DNA from: Squalus acanthias
Lineage: Eukaryota
Assembly (NCBI GenBank): GCA_030390025.1
Contig: CM059432.1
Coordinates: forward strand, 78,184,001-78,248,000
Direction: 5' to 3'
Length of the DNA: 64,000 nucleotides
In this document: in pieces, positions 45,723-59,260 of the stretch
Position numbering within the stretch: position 1 is the first letter of the stretch
Layout: every line of letters starts with the position of its first letter
Made by a program: the position numbers and the translations under genes
Notes under the pieces: generated by a model
The model's database searches: none
What the model saw: the letters and a program-made list of their open reading frames with translations, nothing else
Told to the model about the DNA's origin: nothing

Positions 45723-46780
45723 AATCTTGGACCTAGAATGTGTAATCCACAGTCAGTGAAAGGTAGTCTGTGTGGTGACTCGTTGTAGCTACCATTTGAT
45801 TACAGTGGCCAAGTAATATAAACCCTACTCATTTTGCATACACTAAGTTGCTGTTAAAACAACATATTTGATGTTGGATGGCTTAATTTATCGATGGCAG
45901 TTAGACACAATGAAAAATAGTGGGGGGGGGTTTCTGGCTTGGCAGTAACTAGGTGGCTTTGTGACTGTAAATCAGAAAATAGGGCTCCCATGGGTTAGAT
46001 CAATGGTTTACATACCTTGAAATTTCTGGTCTATAATCCATAACAAAAGGTTAGGAGCTTTTCAAATCCATTATCTGCATTGCATGTTTTTTTTTATTCA
46101 TTCCTGGGATGTGGGCGTCATGGCAAGACCAACATTTATTGCCCATTCCTAATTGCCCTTGAGAAGATGGTGGTGAGCCGCCTTCTTGAACCGCAGCAGT
46201 CCATGTGGTGAAGGTACTCCCACAGTGCTGTTAGGGAGGGAGTTCCAGGATTTCGACCCAGTGACTATGAAGGAACGGCAATATATTTCCAAGTCAGTAT
46301 GGTGTGTGACTTGGAGGGGAACTTGGAGGTGGTGGTGTTCCCATGCGCCTGCTGCCCTTGTCCTAGGTGGAAGAGGTCGCGGGTTTGGGAGGTGCTGTCG
46401 AAGAAGCCTTGGCGAGTTGCTGCAGTGCATCTTGTAAATGGTACACACTGCAGCCACGATACACCGGTGGTGGAGCAAGTGAATGTTTAAGGTGCTGGAT
46501 AGGGTGCCAATCAAGCGGGCTGCTTTGTCCTGGATGGTGTCGAGCTTCTTGAGTGTTGTTGAAGCTGCACTCATCCAGGCAAGTGGAGAGTATTCCATTA
46601 CACCCCTGACTTGTGCCTTGTAGATGGTGGAAAGGCTTTGGGGAGTCAGGAGATGAGATACTTGCTGCAGAATACCCAGCCTCTGACCTGCTCTTGTGGC
46701 CACAATATTTATATGGCTGGTCCAGTTAAGTTTCTGGTCAATGGTGACCCCGCAGGATGTTGATGTTGGGGGATTCAGCA

Positions 46781-49341
46781 ATCATAGAATGTTTACAGCA
46801 CGGAAGAAGGCCATTCAGCCTGTTGAGCCTGTGCTGGCTCTCTGCAAGAGCACTTCAGCTAGTCCCACTCCCCCGCCCTTTCCCCGTAGCCCTGCAATTT
46901 GTTTTCCTTCAGATACTTATCCAACTCCCTTTTGAAAGCCGTGATTGAGTCTGCCTCCACCACCCTTTCAGGCAGTGCATTCCAGATCCTAACCACTCGC
47001 TGAGTTAAAAAGTTTTTTCTATGTCGCCTTTGGTTCTTCTGCCAATCACCTTAAATCTGTGTCCTCTGGTTCTCGACCCTTCTACCAATGGGAACAGTTT
47101 CTCTCTATCTACCCTGTCTAGACCCCTTGTAATTTTGAGCACCTCTATCAAATCTCCTCTCAATCTTCTCTGCTCTAAGGAGAACAACCCCAGCTTCTCC
47201 AGTCTATCCACGTAACTGAAATCCCTCATTCCTGGAATCATTCTCGTAAATCTTTTCTGCACTCTCTCTAAGGCCTTCACGCCCTTCCTACAGTATGGTG
47301 CCCAGAATTGGACACAATACTCCAGTTGAGGCCGAACCAGTATTTTATACAGATTCATAATTTCCATGCTTTTGTACTCTATGGGCTGGATTTTCAATGA
47401 CACGTGGAGTCGGGTTTGGAGGCGGGGGGTGGGGGGGGGGTTAAAGTTGCAGATTCAGGGGTCCCGACTCCAACCCGCCTCCATGCCAGTTTCTCTGGCG
47501 GCAGGTACCCGACCTGGTCTGAGACTTGACTCCCCGAGGCGGGAAGGGATTAGTAACAATTAACTGCCTGTTAACAGGTAGTTAACAGGCAGTTTTTTGC
47601 ATAATCCCTATTTTCAAAAGAAAAGTGTGGGCTTCCCGACAGGTGGCAACCACTCCAAGTTATCGGGGCGGGCCGTGGGTCTGCAGGGGTTGGAGGGATC
47701 GATATGTCCGGTGGGCAGGTGAGTGATGGGTGCATGTGTGCAGAGGTAAGTGTGTAAGGTAAGTGCTAAGTGTTGGAAAAAGTTTTACTTACCTTAACTT
47801 CCTCCTGCAGGTGTCAGCCCTTCAGTTCTCGGGAGTTAGAAATCTCCGGCACAGAAAGCAGGAAAGCCGTGGACCTGTCAAAAACAGCAGCCTTCTGTTT
47901 TCTGTGCTGGAATGATTTCTAACTCAGCCTGAAAGGAAGGACTGAAGTTAGAAATCATATTGTGAGTGTTTGACAGCTTCACAGAGCTGTCAAACGCTGA
48001 TATTTGATCTGTCAAAAGCTCTTGACAGATGAAATGTCAGTCTGTGACGTCACCTGTTGCCGGGTGGCCCTTAATTGGCCTGCTGAGCCCACTGGGCGGG
48101 CTCAACAAGGTCAATCAAGGGAAAATACAGTGGGTTGGCCACATCTCGATGGAGGCGGGTTCACAAGCCAGAATGTGTGATTCCCGAACCCAACCCGACT
48201 CCAACTTCAAAATCCAGCCCTATACCTCTATTCATGAAGCCCAGGATCCCGTAAGCTTTTTTTAACTGCTTTCTCAACCTGCCCTGCCACCTTCAACGAT
48301 TTATGCACATATACCCCTAGGTCTCTCTGTTCATGCACCCCCTTTAGTTTCCTCTCTTACATTTTGGTAGAAAGAATGATCACTTCGCACTTTTCTGCGT
48401 TAAATTTCATCTGCCACGTGTCCGCCCATTCCACCAGCCTGTCTATGTCCTCTTGAAGTCTATCACTATCCTCTTCACTGTTCACTATACTTCCAAGTTT
48501 TGTGTCATCTGCAAATTTTGTAATTGTGCCCTGTACACCCACATCCAAGTCATTAATATATATCAAGAAAAGCAGTGGTCCTAGAACTGACCCCTGGGGA
48601 ACACCACTGTATACTTTCCTCCAGTCCGAAAAACAACTGTTCACCACTACTCTCTGTTTCCTGTCACTTAGCCAATTTCATATCCATGCTGCCACTGTCC
48701 CTTTTATTCCATGGGGTTCAACTTTGCTGGCAGGCCTATTATTTGGCACTATGTCGAACGCCTTTTGGAAATCCATGTACACCATGTCAACCGCATTGCC
48801 CGCATCAACCCTCTCTGTTACCTCATCAAAAAACTCGATCAATTTGGTTAAACACGATTTGCCTTTAACAAATCCGTGCTGACTTTTCTTAATTAATCCA
48901 CACTCGTCCAAGTGACTGTTAATTTTGTCCCTGATTATTGTTTCTAAAAGCTTCCCCACTACCGAGGTTAAACTCCCTTACTGGCTTATAGTTGCTGGGT
49001 TTATCTTTACACCCTTCTTTGAACAAGGGTGTAACATTTGCAATTCTCCAGTCCTCTGGCACCACCCCTGTTTCTAAGGAGGATTGGAAGATTATGGCCA
49101 GTATCGCCACTATTTCTTCCTTCACTATCCTCAGTGTCCTAGGGTGCATCCCATCTGGTCCTGGTGACTTATCTACTTTAAGTACAGCCAGCTTTTCTAG
49201 TACCTCCTCCTTATCAACTTTTATCCCATCCAGTATCTCCTCTACCTCATCCTTCACTATGTCTATTGGCAGCATCTTCTTCCTTGGTGAAGACAGATGC
49301 AAAATACTCATTTAACACCGCAGCCATACCCTCTGCCTCCA
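46781..49341 (-). mobile_element. 5'-truncated CR1 LINE nested in the LINE above, itself interrupted by a MITE
   Basis: KSPGPDGMHPR, DFQKAFD, KFADDTKLG and RPQLEYCVQFW. Confidence 0.92.
47383..48220. mobile_element. Harbinger-like MITE, 838 bp (same family as 37371-38171, opposite orientation)
   Basis: Perfect 12-bp TIR GGGCTGGATTTT; 3-bp TSD TAT (47380-47382 and 48221-48223). Confidence 0.92.
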
Positions 49342-52284
49342 GGTGATGGTAATGCCGTTGAATGTCAAGGGCGGTGGTTAGACGCTCTCTTGTTGGAGAT
49401 AGTCATTGCCTGGCACTTGTGTGGTGCGAATGTTACTTGCCACTTATCAGCCCAAGCCTGAATGTCGTCCAGGTCTTGCTGCATGTGGGCATAGACTGCT
49501 TCATTATCTGAAGAGTTGTGAATGGAACTTAACACTGTGCAATCATCAGCGAACATCCTCACTTCTGACCTTATGATGGAGGGAAGGTCATTCATGAAGC
49601 CGCTGAAGATGGTTGGGCCTAGGACACTGCTCTGAGGAACTCCTGCAGCGATGTCCTGGGGCTGAGATGATTGGCCTCCAACAACCACAACCACCTTCCT
49701 TTGTGCTAGGTATGACTCCTGCCAGTGGAGAGATTGTCCCTTGATTCCCATTGACTTCAATTTTACTATGGCTCCTTGATGCCACACTTGGTCAAATGCT
49801 GCCTTGATGTCAAGGGCAGTCACTCTTACCTCACCTCTGGAATTCAGCTCTTTTGTCCATGTTTGGACCAAGGCTGTAATGAGGTCTGGAGCCGAGTGGT
49901 CCTGGCGGAACCCAAACTGAGCATCGGTGAGCAGGTTATTCGTGAGTAAGTGCCGCTTGATAGCACTGTCGATAACACCTTCCATCACTTTGCTGATGAT
50001 TGAGAGTAGACTGATGGGGCGTTAATTGGCCGGATTGGATTTGTCCTGCTTTTTGTGGACAGAACATACCTGGGCAGTTTTCCACATTGTCTGGTAGATG
50101 CCAGTGTTGTAGCTGTACTGGAACAGCTTAGCTAGAGGTGCAGCTGGTTCTGGAGCACAAGTCTTCCGCACGACAGCCGGGATATTGTCAGGGCCCATAG
50201 CCTTTGCTGTATCCAGTGCACTCAGCCGTTTCTTGATATCACATGGAGTGAATCGAATTGGCTGAAGACTGACTACTTTGAATGTGGGTACCTCTAGGAG
50301 GAGGCTGAGATGGATCATCCACTCGGCACCTCTGGCTGAAGATGGTTGCAAACGCTTCAGCCTTGTCTTTTGCTGGATGGGGATGTTCATGGAGCCTCCT
50401 CCTCCTGTCAGTTGTTTAATGGTCCACCACCATTCACGACAGCTTTGATCTGATCCGTTGGTTGTGGAATCGCTTAGCTCTGTCTGTAGATTCTGCTTCA
50501 GTTGTTTAGCATGCATGTAGTCCTGTGTTGCAGCTTCCCCAGGTTTGCACCTCATTTTTAGGTACACCTGGTGCTGCTCCTGGCATACTGTTCTGCACTC
50601 CTCATTGAACTAGAGTTGATTGCCTGACTTGATGGTAATGGTAGAGTGAGGGATATGTCTGGCCATGAGGTTACAGATTGTGGTGGAATACAATTCTGCT
50701 GCTGATGGCCCACAGCACCTCATGGATGCCCAGTTTTGAGCTGCTAGATCTCTTCTGAATCTATCCCATTTAGCACGGTGGTAGTGGCACACAACACGAT
50801 GGAGGGTGTCCTCACTGTGACGACGGGACATCGTCTCCACAAGGACCGTGCGGTGGTCACTGCTACCAATGCTGTCATGGACAGATGCATCTGCGACAGG
50901 TAGATTGGTGAGGACGAGGTCAAGTAGGTTTTTCCCTTGTGTTGGTTCTCTCACCACCTGCTGCAGGCCCAGTCTGGCAGCTATGTCCTTCAGGACTCGG
51001 CCAGCTCAGAATACAAATCGGAAAGCAAAACAAACCAATTATGTATGCTTCAGCTGCTATCACATATGAATGAGACCAGCCAGGTTTGAGCAAATACAGT
51101 GCAAAGATGAGTACCTTTCCTCGAAAATTATTGCAATGGATGCTGTAACAAACAATGAGAAGGAAAAGACTTGAAAAATGACAAACAGATGCAATTTATC
51201 AGACTGTCAGACTGAGAGAAGACGCCAGAACTGTCAACCTTGTTAAGTAGCAAGATATGACACAGAGCGGCATCCTGTACTTAAAAATGTGATGGATGCT
51301 AATGACAGCAATGCTGCAGATGACTGCTAATTTTAATGAAAAATATATGCTACTACTTTTAGGTACTTGCAAATCAGTAGAAACTTATTGCAAAAAAACC
51401 CCATGGCAATAATATCCATGGAGAAAGGCAACAGATTCTATCATTTCACTTATGCTTATACCTTCTGTGGCTCTTAAAATGTTATTAAAAGATCTTGCAA
51501 CAGCTTTTGCTGTTACATAAATATTAAGATGTTAGATGTAAATAAAACTTCATATTGCTAATAGATCTTATTACCTTTCTGATGCTTCCTAATTGACATA
51601 ATTTATCTAATACCTTAAAATTATCTTTAATTGAGTTATCAAACAGAATTAATTGAGTTATATATAGGAACATGGGAAACATGACTTACATTGTAAAATG
51701 GAGTTTACTTAACTAATTAATACAATGAATTGCTAATGTGACACAGCTTTCAAAAGACTTGGGGACCTGCGTTGCTAGTGGAATACATGATTATCCACTC
51801 GGGAGCTCTGGGCACAACAGAAGGAACACTTCTTATAAATATTAATTTCCTTTTCTCTTCTATTGATTTTCTTTGTCACTGCCAGATGCTTTGAACACTT
51901 GATTATGAAACTTCTGACATTGATTTAGTGCAATTATATTCTTTTTTATAATGTTTTTCACTTTTTGGGATACGTTCCATCACACACACCTGCACTGATT
52001 TCCCTCCCATCCTCCGCCATCCCTATTAGGCAGGTGAGATGGTCTTGGTTGCAGAATTCTCCATGACTGTTGACATTGCCACAGTATCAATGGCCAGAGG
52101 GCATCATTCAAGCATGGACTGTTGGATATTTTCAATTTTTCTTCCCCAAGATGGAACTTAGTGTTTTTGCATGGTGCTCCATTCAATGGTCCAGACAACT
52201 GGCAAAACTCACCTGACTGAGCTGTACAACTTTAAAAAGTATTCTGATATGTACAGCCTCTGTGTACCTGCATTCGCATACATA

Positions 52285-53750
52285 GGATCATAGTAACGTA
52301 GGAACAAGAGGAAACCATTCAGCCTCTCCAACCTGTTCTATTCAATTTGATCATGGCTTACCTGTACCTCAACTCCATTTACCCGCCTGTGTTCCATATC
52401 CCTTGATACCCTTACCAAATGAAAATCTTTCGATATCCGTCTTGAAAACTTCAAATGACCCAGCATCCACAGCCTTTTGGGGAAGTGAATTCCAGATTTC
52501 CACTACCCTTTGTGTGGAAAAAGTGCTTCCTGCTTTCACTCCTGAATGGCCTAGCTCTAATTTTATGATTGTGTCCCTTTTGTTCTGGATTCCACCACCA
52601 GAAGAAATAGCTTCTCTGTATCTACTCTATCGAATCCTTAGATCACCCCTCAACTGTCTCAACTCGAGGGTATACAAGCCAAGTTTATGCAACCTGTCCT
52701 CATAATTTAACCCTTTAAGCCCTGGTATCATTCTGGTGGATCTGCACTGTACCCCTTCCAAGCCTTCCTTCCTGAGGTTTGGTGCCTAAAACTAAATGCA
52801 GTATTCCAGATGGGGTCTGACCAAGGCTCTGTACAACGGAAGCATAATTTCCTCACTTCTGAATTCCAGCCCCATTGAGCTTAAGTCCAATATTACATTC
52901 GCCTTTTTGATTAATTTTTGTACCTGTGCACTAGCTTTTATTAATTTGTCTACCTAGACACCCAAATCCCTTTACTTCTCCACAGCTCCTAGTCTCTCGC
53001 CATTTAAAAAAAATCTAATTTGTCTGTCTTGGATCCAAAATGGATTACCTCACACTTCCTAACATTAAACTCCATCTGCCAAAGTTTTACTCACTCTCAC
53101 TTAACCGCTTAATCTATCTATATCCCTTTTGTAAATTCATGCTCGCATCTACACGACTTACTGTGCTTCCTAACTTAGTGTCATCTGCAAACTTGATAAT
53201 ACAACTCTCTATTCCTTTATCCAAATCATTGATATATATGGTGAAAAGTACAGTCCCTAGGGAACACCACTTGTCACATCACGCCAGAATATATTCCCTT
53301 TATCCCTACTCTCGGTCTCCAACCTCCCAACGAATTTTCAACCCGTGTCACAAGGTTATCTCCAATTTCGTGTGCTTTTGTTTTTGCTAATAATCTCTTG
53401 TGCGGAACCCTATCAAATGTCTTCTGGAAGTCCATTTGGCAATATCCATAGACACTTTCCTGTCACCCATGTTTGTGACGACTTCAAACAAATTAGCTAG
53501 ATTACTCGGACATGACCTACCCTTCACAAATCCATGCTGGCTCTTTGATCTGCTCATACTTATTCAAATGCTCAATCTCTCTGTTCTTGATGATGGATTC
53601 CAGTAACTTCTGCACAAATGATGTTAAACTGACCTGTCTTTGGTTTCCTGATTCTCCCTCCCTCCTTTCTTAAATAATGGAGTGACATTTGCAATTTTCC
53701 AATCCAAAGGCACACTTCCTGAATCTAGAGAGCTTTGGAAAATTATCATT
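52285..53750 (-). mobile_element. Old, decayed CR1 LINE
   Basis: IFQSSLDSGSVPLDWKIANVTPLFKKG; FADDTKLG remnant; CR1 3' tail. Confidence 0.82.
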
Positions 53751-54114
53751 GGTTCTCCGAATCGTGTATCAGGAGAAGCCCCAAGAAAGTTCTTGGCAAC
53801 AGTGTACAGGTTCACAGTTATGATTTTCCCAAATGTCGAGTTCCTATGGAGGGGGTCAAGTGGAGGTCAAGTTTTTCTCCACAGACAGAAAGGGAAAAAT
53901 CACTTGGGGCTACTTTCATACTTGCAACTAGCTTAAGAGCAACCAACTTGACACAAATCTGTGACCAGGTTGTCTACCTGTCCTCTTAGTGTGTGGTATT
54001 GGGAAAATGTGCAAAATTACAAAAAAAGATTTTGAATACTATAAACTGTTAAAATATGCACTGCTCAGCCAGTTTTTAGACATATTTAAATCTCTTACTT
54101 GTCACATTCCACAG

Positions 54115-54328
54115 AAAACTTGCTTTGAAACACCACCCAGACAAAAATCTTGATAACCCAGATGCGTCTGACAAATTCAAAGAGATCAACAATGCTCATT
54201 CAATATTGTCGGATATAACAAAACGAAACATTTATGACAAATATGGCTCCCTGGGTCTCTACGTAGCTGAACAGTTTGGTGAAGAGAATGTGAACACGTA
54301 CTTCATGCTGTCTAGCTGGTGGGCAAAG
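54115..54328 (+). CDS. DNAJC5B: Cysteine string protein coding exon 2 (J-domain with HPD motif and linker)
   Basis: [28 protein letters not shown]...[12 protein letters not shown] at 54113-54114; GT at 54329; 214 nt, phase-compatible with exon 1. Confidence 0.95.
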
Positions 54329-54503
54329 GTAACATTGGTTTTTCTTTTATCTGTTTTAGTGTACAGTAATATTTTGTGGTGCGATAAGTTACATAAAAGC
54401 TGCAGTCTGAAAATGTGCTTTCTACTGATACTTAGAGGATCAAAATCAGAAAGAGGGAATCTGAAATTTTCATAAGGATTTAGTACTATCAATGTAACAT
54501 GTT

Positions 54504-57500
54504 AGAACATAAGAAATAAGAGCAGGAGTAGGCCATACGGCCCCTCGAGCCTGCTCCGCCATTCAATAAGATCATGGCTGATCATCGACCTCAATTCCAC
54601 TTTCCCGCCTGATCTCCATATCCCTTAATTCCCCTAGAGTCCAAAAATCTATCTATCTCAGCCTTGAATATACTCAAAGACTCAGCATTCACAGCCCTCT
54701 GGGACAGAGAAGTCCAAAGATTCACAACCCTCTGAGTGAAGAAATTCCTCCTCATCTCAGTCTTAAATGGCCTACCCCTTATCCTGAGACTTTGCCCCCT
54801 AGTTCTAGACACTCCAGCCAGGGGAAACAACCTCTCAGCATCTACCCTGTCAATCCCCTTCAGAATCTTGTATGTTTCAATGAGCTCACCTCTCATTCTT
54901 CTAAACTCCACAGAGTATAGGCCCATTCTACACAGTCTCTCATCATAGGACAGTCCTCTCATCCCAGGAATTAATCTAGTGAACCTTTGTTGCACCGCAT
55001 CCAAGGCAAGTATATCCTTCCTTAGATAAGGAGACCAAAACTGTGCACAGTACTCCAGGTGTGGTCTCACCAAGGCCTTGTACAATTGTAGCAAGACTTC
55101 CTTACTCTTATACTCCAACCCCCTTGCAATAAAGGCCAACATACCATTTGCATTCCTTATTGCTTGCTGTACCTGCATGCTAGCTTTCTGTGTTTCTTGC
55201 ACGAGGACACCCAAATCTCTCTGAACACCAACATTTGAAAGTTTCTCACCATTTAAAAAATATTCTGTTTTTCTATTCTTCCTACCAAAGTGAATAACTT
55301 CACATTTCCCTACATTATACTCCATCTGCCACTTTACTGCCCACTCACTTAGTCTATCTATATCCCTTTGCAGACGCTTTGTGTTCTCCTCACAGCTTAC
55401 TGTCCCACCTAGCTTTGTATCATCAGCAAACTTGGATACATTATACTCGGTCCCTTCATCTAGGTCATTAATATAGATTGTAAATAGCTGAGGCCCCAAC
55501 ACTGATCCTTGCGGCACCCCACTAGTTACAGCCTGCCAACCTGAAAAAGATCCATTTATCCCTACTCTCTGTTTTCTGTCCAGTAACTAATCCTCTATCC
55601 ATGCTACTATATTACCCCCAACCCCATGAGCCCTAATCTTGTGTAATAATCTTTTATGTGGCACCTTATCGAATGCCTTTTGGAAATCCAAATATACTAC
55701 ATCCACTGGTTCCCCTTCATCTACCCTGCTAGTTACATCCTCAAAAAACTCTAATAAATTTGTCAAACACGATTTCCCTTTCATAAAACCATGTTAACTC
55801 TGCCTAATCATGTTATGATTTTCTAAGTGACTTGATACCACTTCCTTAACAATGGATTCCAGCATTTTCCCGACGACTGATGTCAGGTTAACTGGCCTGT
55901 AGTTCCCTGTTTTTTTTTTTCTCCCTCCTTTCTTGAATAGCTGTGTTACATTTGCGACCTTCCAATCCGCTGGGACCATTCTAGAATCTAGGGAATTTTG
56001 GAAGATCAAAACCAATGCATCCACTATCTCTTCAGCCACCTCTTTTAGAACCCTAGGATGTAGGCCGTCAGGTCCATGGGATTTGTCGGCTTTTACTCCC
56101 ATTAGTTTCTCTAGTACTTTTTCTCTTGTATTACATAGAAACATAGAAGATAGGAGCAGGAGTAGGCCATTCAGCCCCTCGAGCCTGCTCCGCCATTCAA
56201 TGAGATCATGGCTGATCATCCAAATTCAGTACCCTGTTCCTGCCTTCTCTCCATATCCCTTGATCCCTTTAGCTTTAAGAAATATATCTAACTCCTTCTT
56301 GAATATATTTAATGAATTGGCCTCTACTGGCTTCTGTGGTAGACAATTCCACAGGTTCACCACTCTCTGGGTGAAGAAATTCCTCCTCATCTCAGTCCTA
56401 AATGGCTTGTCCCTTATCCTTAGACTGTGACCCCTGGTTCTGGACTCCCCGGCCATCAGGAACATCCTTCCTGCATCTAGTCTGTCTAGTCCTGTTAGAA
56501 TTTTATAAGTTTCAATGAGATCCCCTCTCATTCTTCTAAACTCCAGCGAGTATAAGCCCAATCGACCCAATCTCTCCTCATACGTCATTCCTGCCATCCC
56601 AGGTATCAGTCTGGTGAATCTTCGCTGCACTCCCTCCATGGCAAGAACATCCTTCCTCAGATAAGGCGACCAAAATTGCACACAATACTCAAGATGTGGT
56701 CTCACCAAGGCCCTGTACAACTGCAGCAAGACATCCTTGTTCCTGTACTCGAACCCTTTCGCTACGAAGGCCAACATACCATTTGCCTTCTTAACCGCCT
56801 GCTGCACCTGCATGCTTACCTTCAGCGACTGGTACACAAGGACACCCAGGTCTCGTTGCACTTCCCCTTCTCCCAATCTATTGCCATTCAGATAATAATC
56901 TGACTTCCTGTTTTTGACACCAAAGTGGATAACCTCGCATTTATCCACATTATATTGCATCTGCCATGCTTCTGCCCAATCACCCAACCTGTCCAAATCA
57001 TACTGGAGTTTCTCGGCATCCTCCTCACGGCACACACTCCCACCCAGCTTTGTGTCATCTGCAAACTTGGAGATATTACATCCAATTCCCTCGTCTAGAT
57101 CATTAATATATATTGTGAATAGCTGGGGTCCGAGGACCGATCCCTGCGGTACCCCACTAGTCACTGCCTGCCACTCGGAAAAAGACCCGTTTATTCCAAC
57201 TCTTTGCTTTCTGTCTGCCAACCAGTTCTCTATCCAAGTTAATACCTTGCCCCCAATCCCATGTGGCTTAACTTTACACGCTAATCTCTTATGCGGGACC
57301 TTATCGAAAGCCTTCTGAAAGTCCAAATACACCACATCCACTGGTTCTCCCTTATCTATTTTACCAGTTACATCCTCAAAAAATTCCAGATTAGTCAAGC
57401 ACGATTTACCTTTTGTAAATCCATGTTGACTTTGTCCGATCCTGTCACTGTTTTCCAAGTGCTCTGCTATTACATCTTTTATAATGGACTCTAGCATTTT

Positions 57501-59260
57501 CCGCACTACCGATGTCAGGCTTACCGGTCTATAATTCCCCGTTTTCTCTCTGCCACCTTTTTTGAATAGTGGGGTAACATTAGCTATCGTCCAATCCATG
57601 GGTACTGTTCCAGAGTCTATCGAATTTTGGAAGATGACCAGCAATGCATCTACTATTTCTACGGCCACTTCTTTAAGTATCCTAGGATGTAGATTATCAG
57701 GCTCTGGGGATTTATCGGCCTTCAATTCCGTCAATTTCCCTAACACTATTTCCCTACAAATACTGATTTCTTTCAGTTCCTCCCTCTCATTAGACCCGAT
57801 GTTCCCCGACATCTCTGGGAGGTTATTTGTGTCCTCCTTTGTGAAGACAGAACCAAAGTATGTATTTAATTACATTAAGTTCCTCACCCTCATTAGACCC
57901 TTGGTTCCCCACCATTTTTGTATGCTGTTTGTGTCTTCTACTGTGAAGACAGATACAAAATATTTGTTTAACGTTTCTGCCATTTCCTTATTCCCCATAA
58001 TAATTTCTCCTGTCTCAGCCTCGAAGGGACCAATGTTTACTTTTGCTACTCTTTTCCTTTTTACATACTTGTAGAAACTCTTACAATCTGCTTTTATATT
58101 TCTTGCTGGTTTTCTCTCATTCTATTTTTTCCCTTTTTATCAATTTTTTTGGTCAACCTTTGCTGGTTTCTGAAACACTCCCAATCCTCAGGCTTACTAT
58201 TATTCTTTGCAACATTATAAGCTGCTTCTTATGTCTCTGTAATGTCTATTAGATCAAACCCATTTATCTCTATTTGTGCCCTAGTTCGTCTATCTTGTTA
58301 CAAATGCTTCATGCATTCAGATAAAGAGCCTTTAATTTAATTTTTTTACCATTATTCTCTGCTTTGACCTTATTCTCTGCTGCACTGCTACCATTAAACA
58401 TTCTGTCCCTTCCTGTCACACTCTGCTTATTTTTATTCAAATCGCTACACTGCTCTATTGCCTTGACCTTTCTCTTTAGATTTCTAAATTTCACCTCACC
58501 TGACCCCCCCCCCCCCCCCTTTTTTTAGTTTAAAGCCCTATCTACAGCTCTATTCTATTAAGTGGAGCCCGTCTCGACGGAACAGCTCCCTCTTTCCCCA
58601 GTACTGGTGCCAGCGCCCCATGAATTGAAACCCCTTTTTCCCACACCACTCTTTGAGCCACGCATTTAACTCTCTGATTAGCTTGACCCTATGCCAATTT
58701 GCGCGTGGCTCAGGTAGTAATCCAGAGATTATTACCCTTGTGGTTCTGCTTATTAATTTAGACCCTAGCTCCTCAAACTCCCTCAGCAGAACCTCATTCT
58801 GAGTTCTACCTATGTCGTTGGTTCCTACATGGACCATGACAACTGGATCCTCCCCCTCCCACTCCAAGTTCTTCTCCAGCCGCGAGTAGATATCCTTAAC
58901 CCTGGCACCGGGCAGGCAACACAGCCTTCGGGACTCTCTTTCGCGGCTGCAAAGAACAATATCTATCCCCCTGACTATACTGTCCCCTACTACTACCACA
59001 TTCCTTCCTTCTCCCTCTCCACTTGGATGGCCCCCTGTACCACGGTGCCGTGGTCAGTTTGCCCATCCTCCCTGCAGTCCTTTTCCTCATCCATACAGGT
59101 AGAAAGTACCTCGTACCTGTTGGACAAGGTCCAGGGCTGAGGCCCCTCCATCACTACATCCTGGGTCCCCATACCTTCCTGACTCGCAGTCACACCCTCC
59201 TGTCCCTGACCACTGACGAACTCAAATACTACTTAACCTAAAGGGTGTGACTGCCTCCTG
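54504..59260 (-). mobile_element. CR1 LINE with SGNH esterase ORF1 (58550-59200), internal deletion in the endonuclease region and a nested CR1
   Basis: VVGDSIVR and HVGTNDI; KALYLNA; 308-aa RT C-terminal ORF 54591-55517. Confidence 0.92.
56137..57868 (-). mobile_element. Young 5'-truncated CR1 nested in CR1
   Basis: 528-aa open RT ORF 56226-57812; its own 3' tail; candidate TSD ATTACAT (56130-56136 and 57869-57875). Confidence 0.9.

Larger units (their letters stand above)
46087..51008 (-). mobile_element. Jockey-group LINE distinct from the local CR1 and L2 families (clade not resolved), split by a CR1 insertion
   Basis: VREPTQGKNLLDLVLTN, LDIKAAFD, MFADDCT and YKAQVRGVMEY; AATAAA...CCCACATCCC...poly(A) 3' end. 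Confidence 0.85.
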
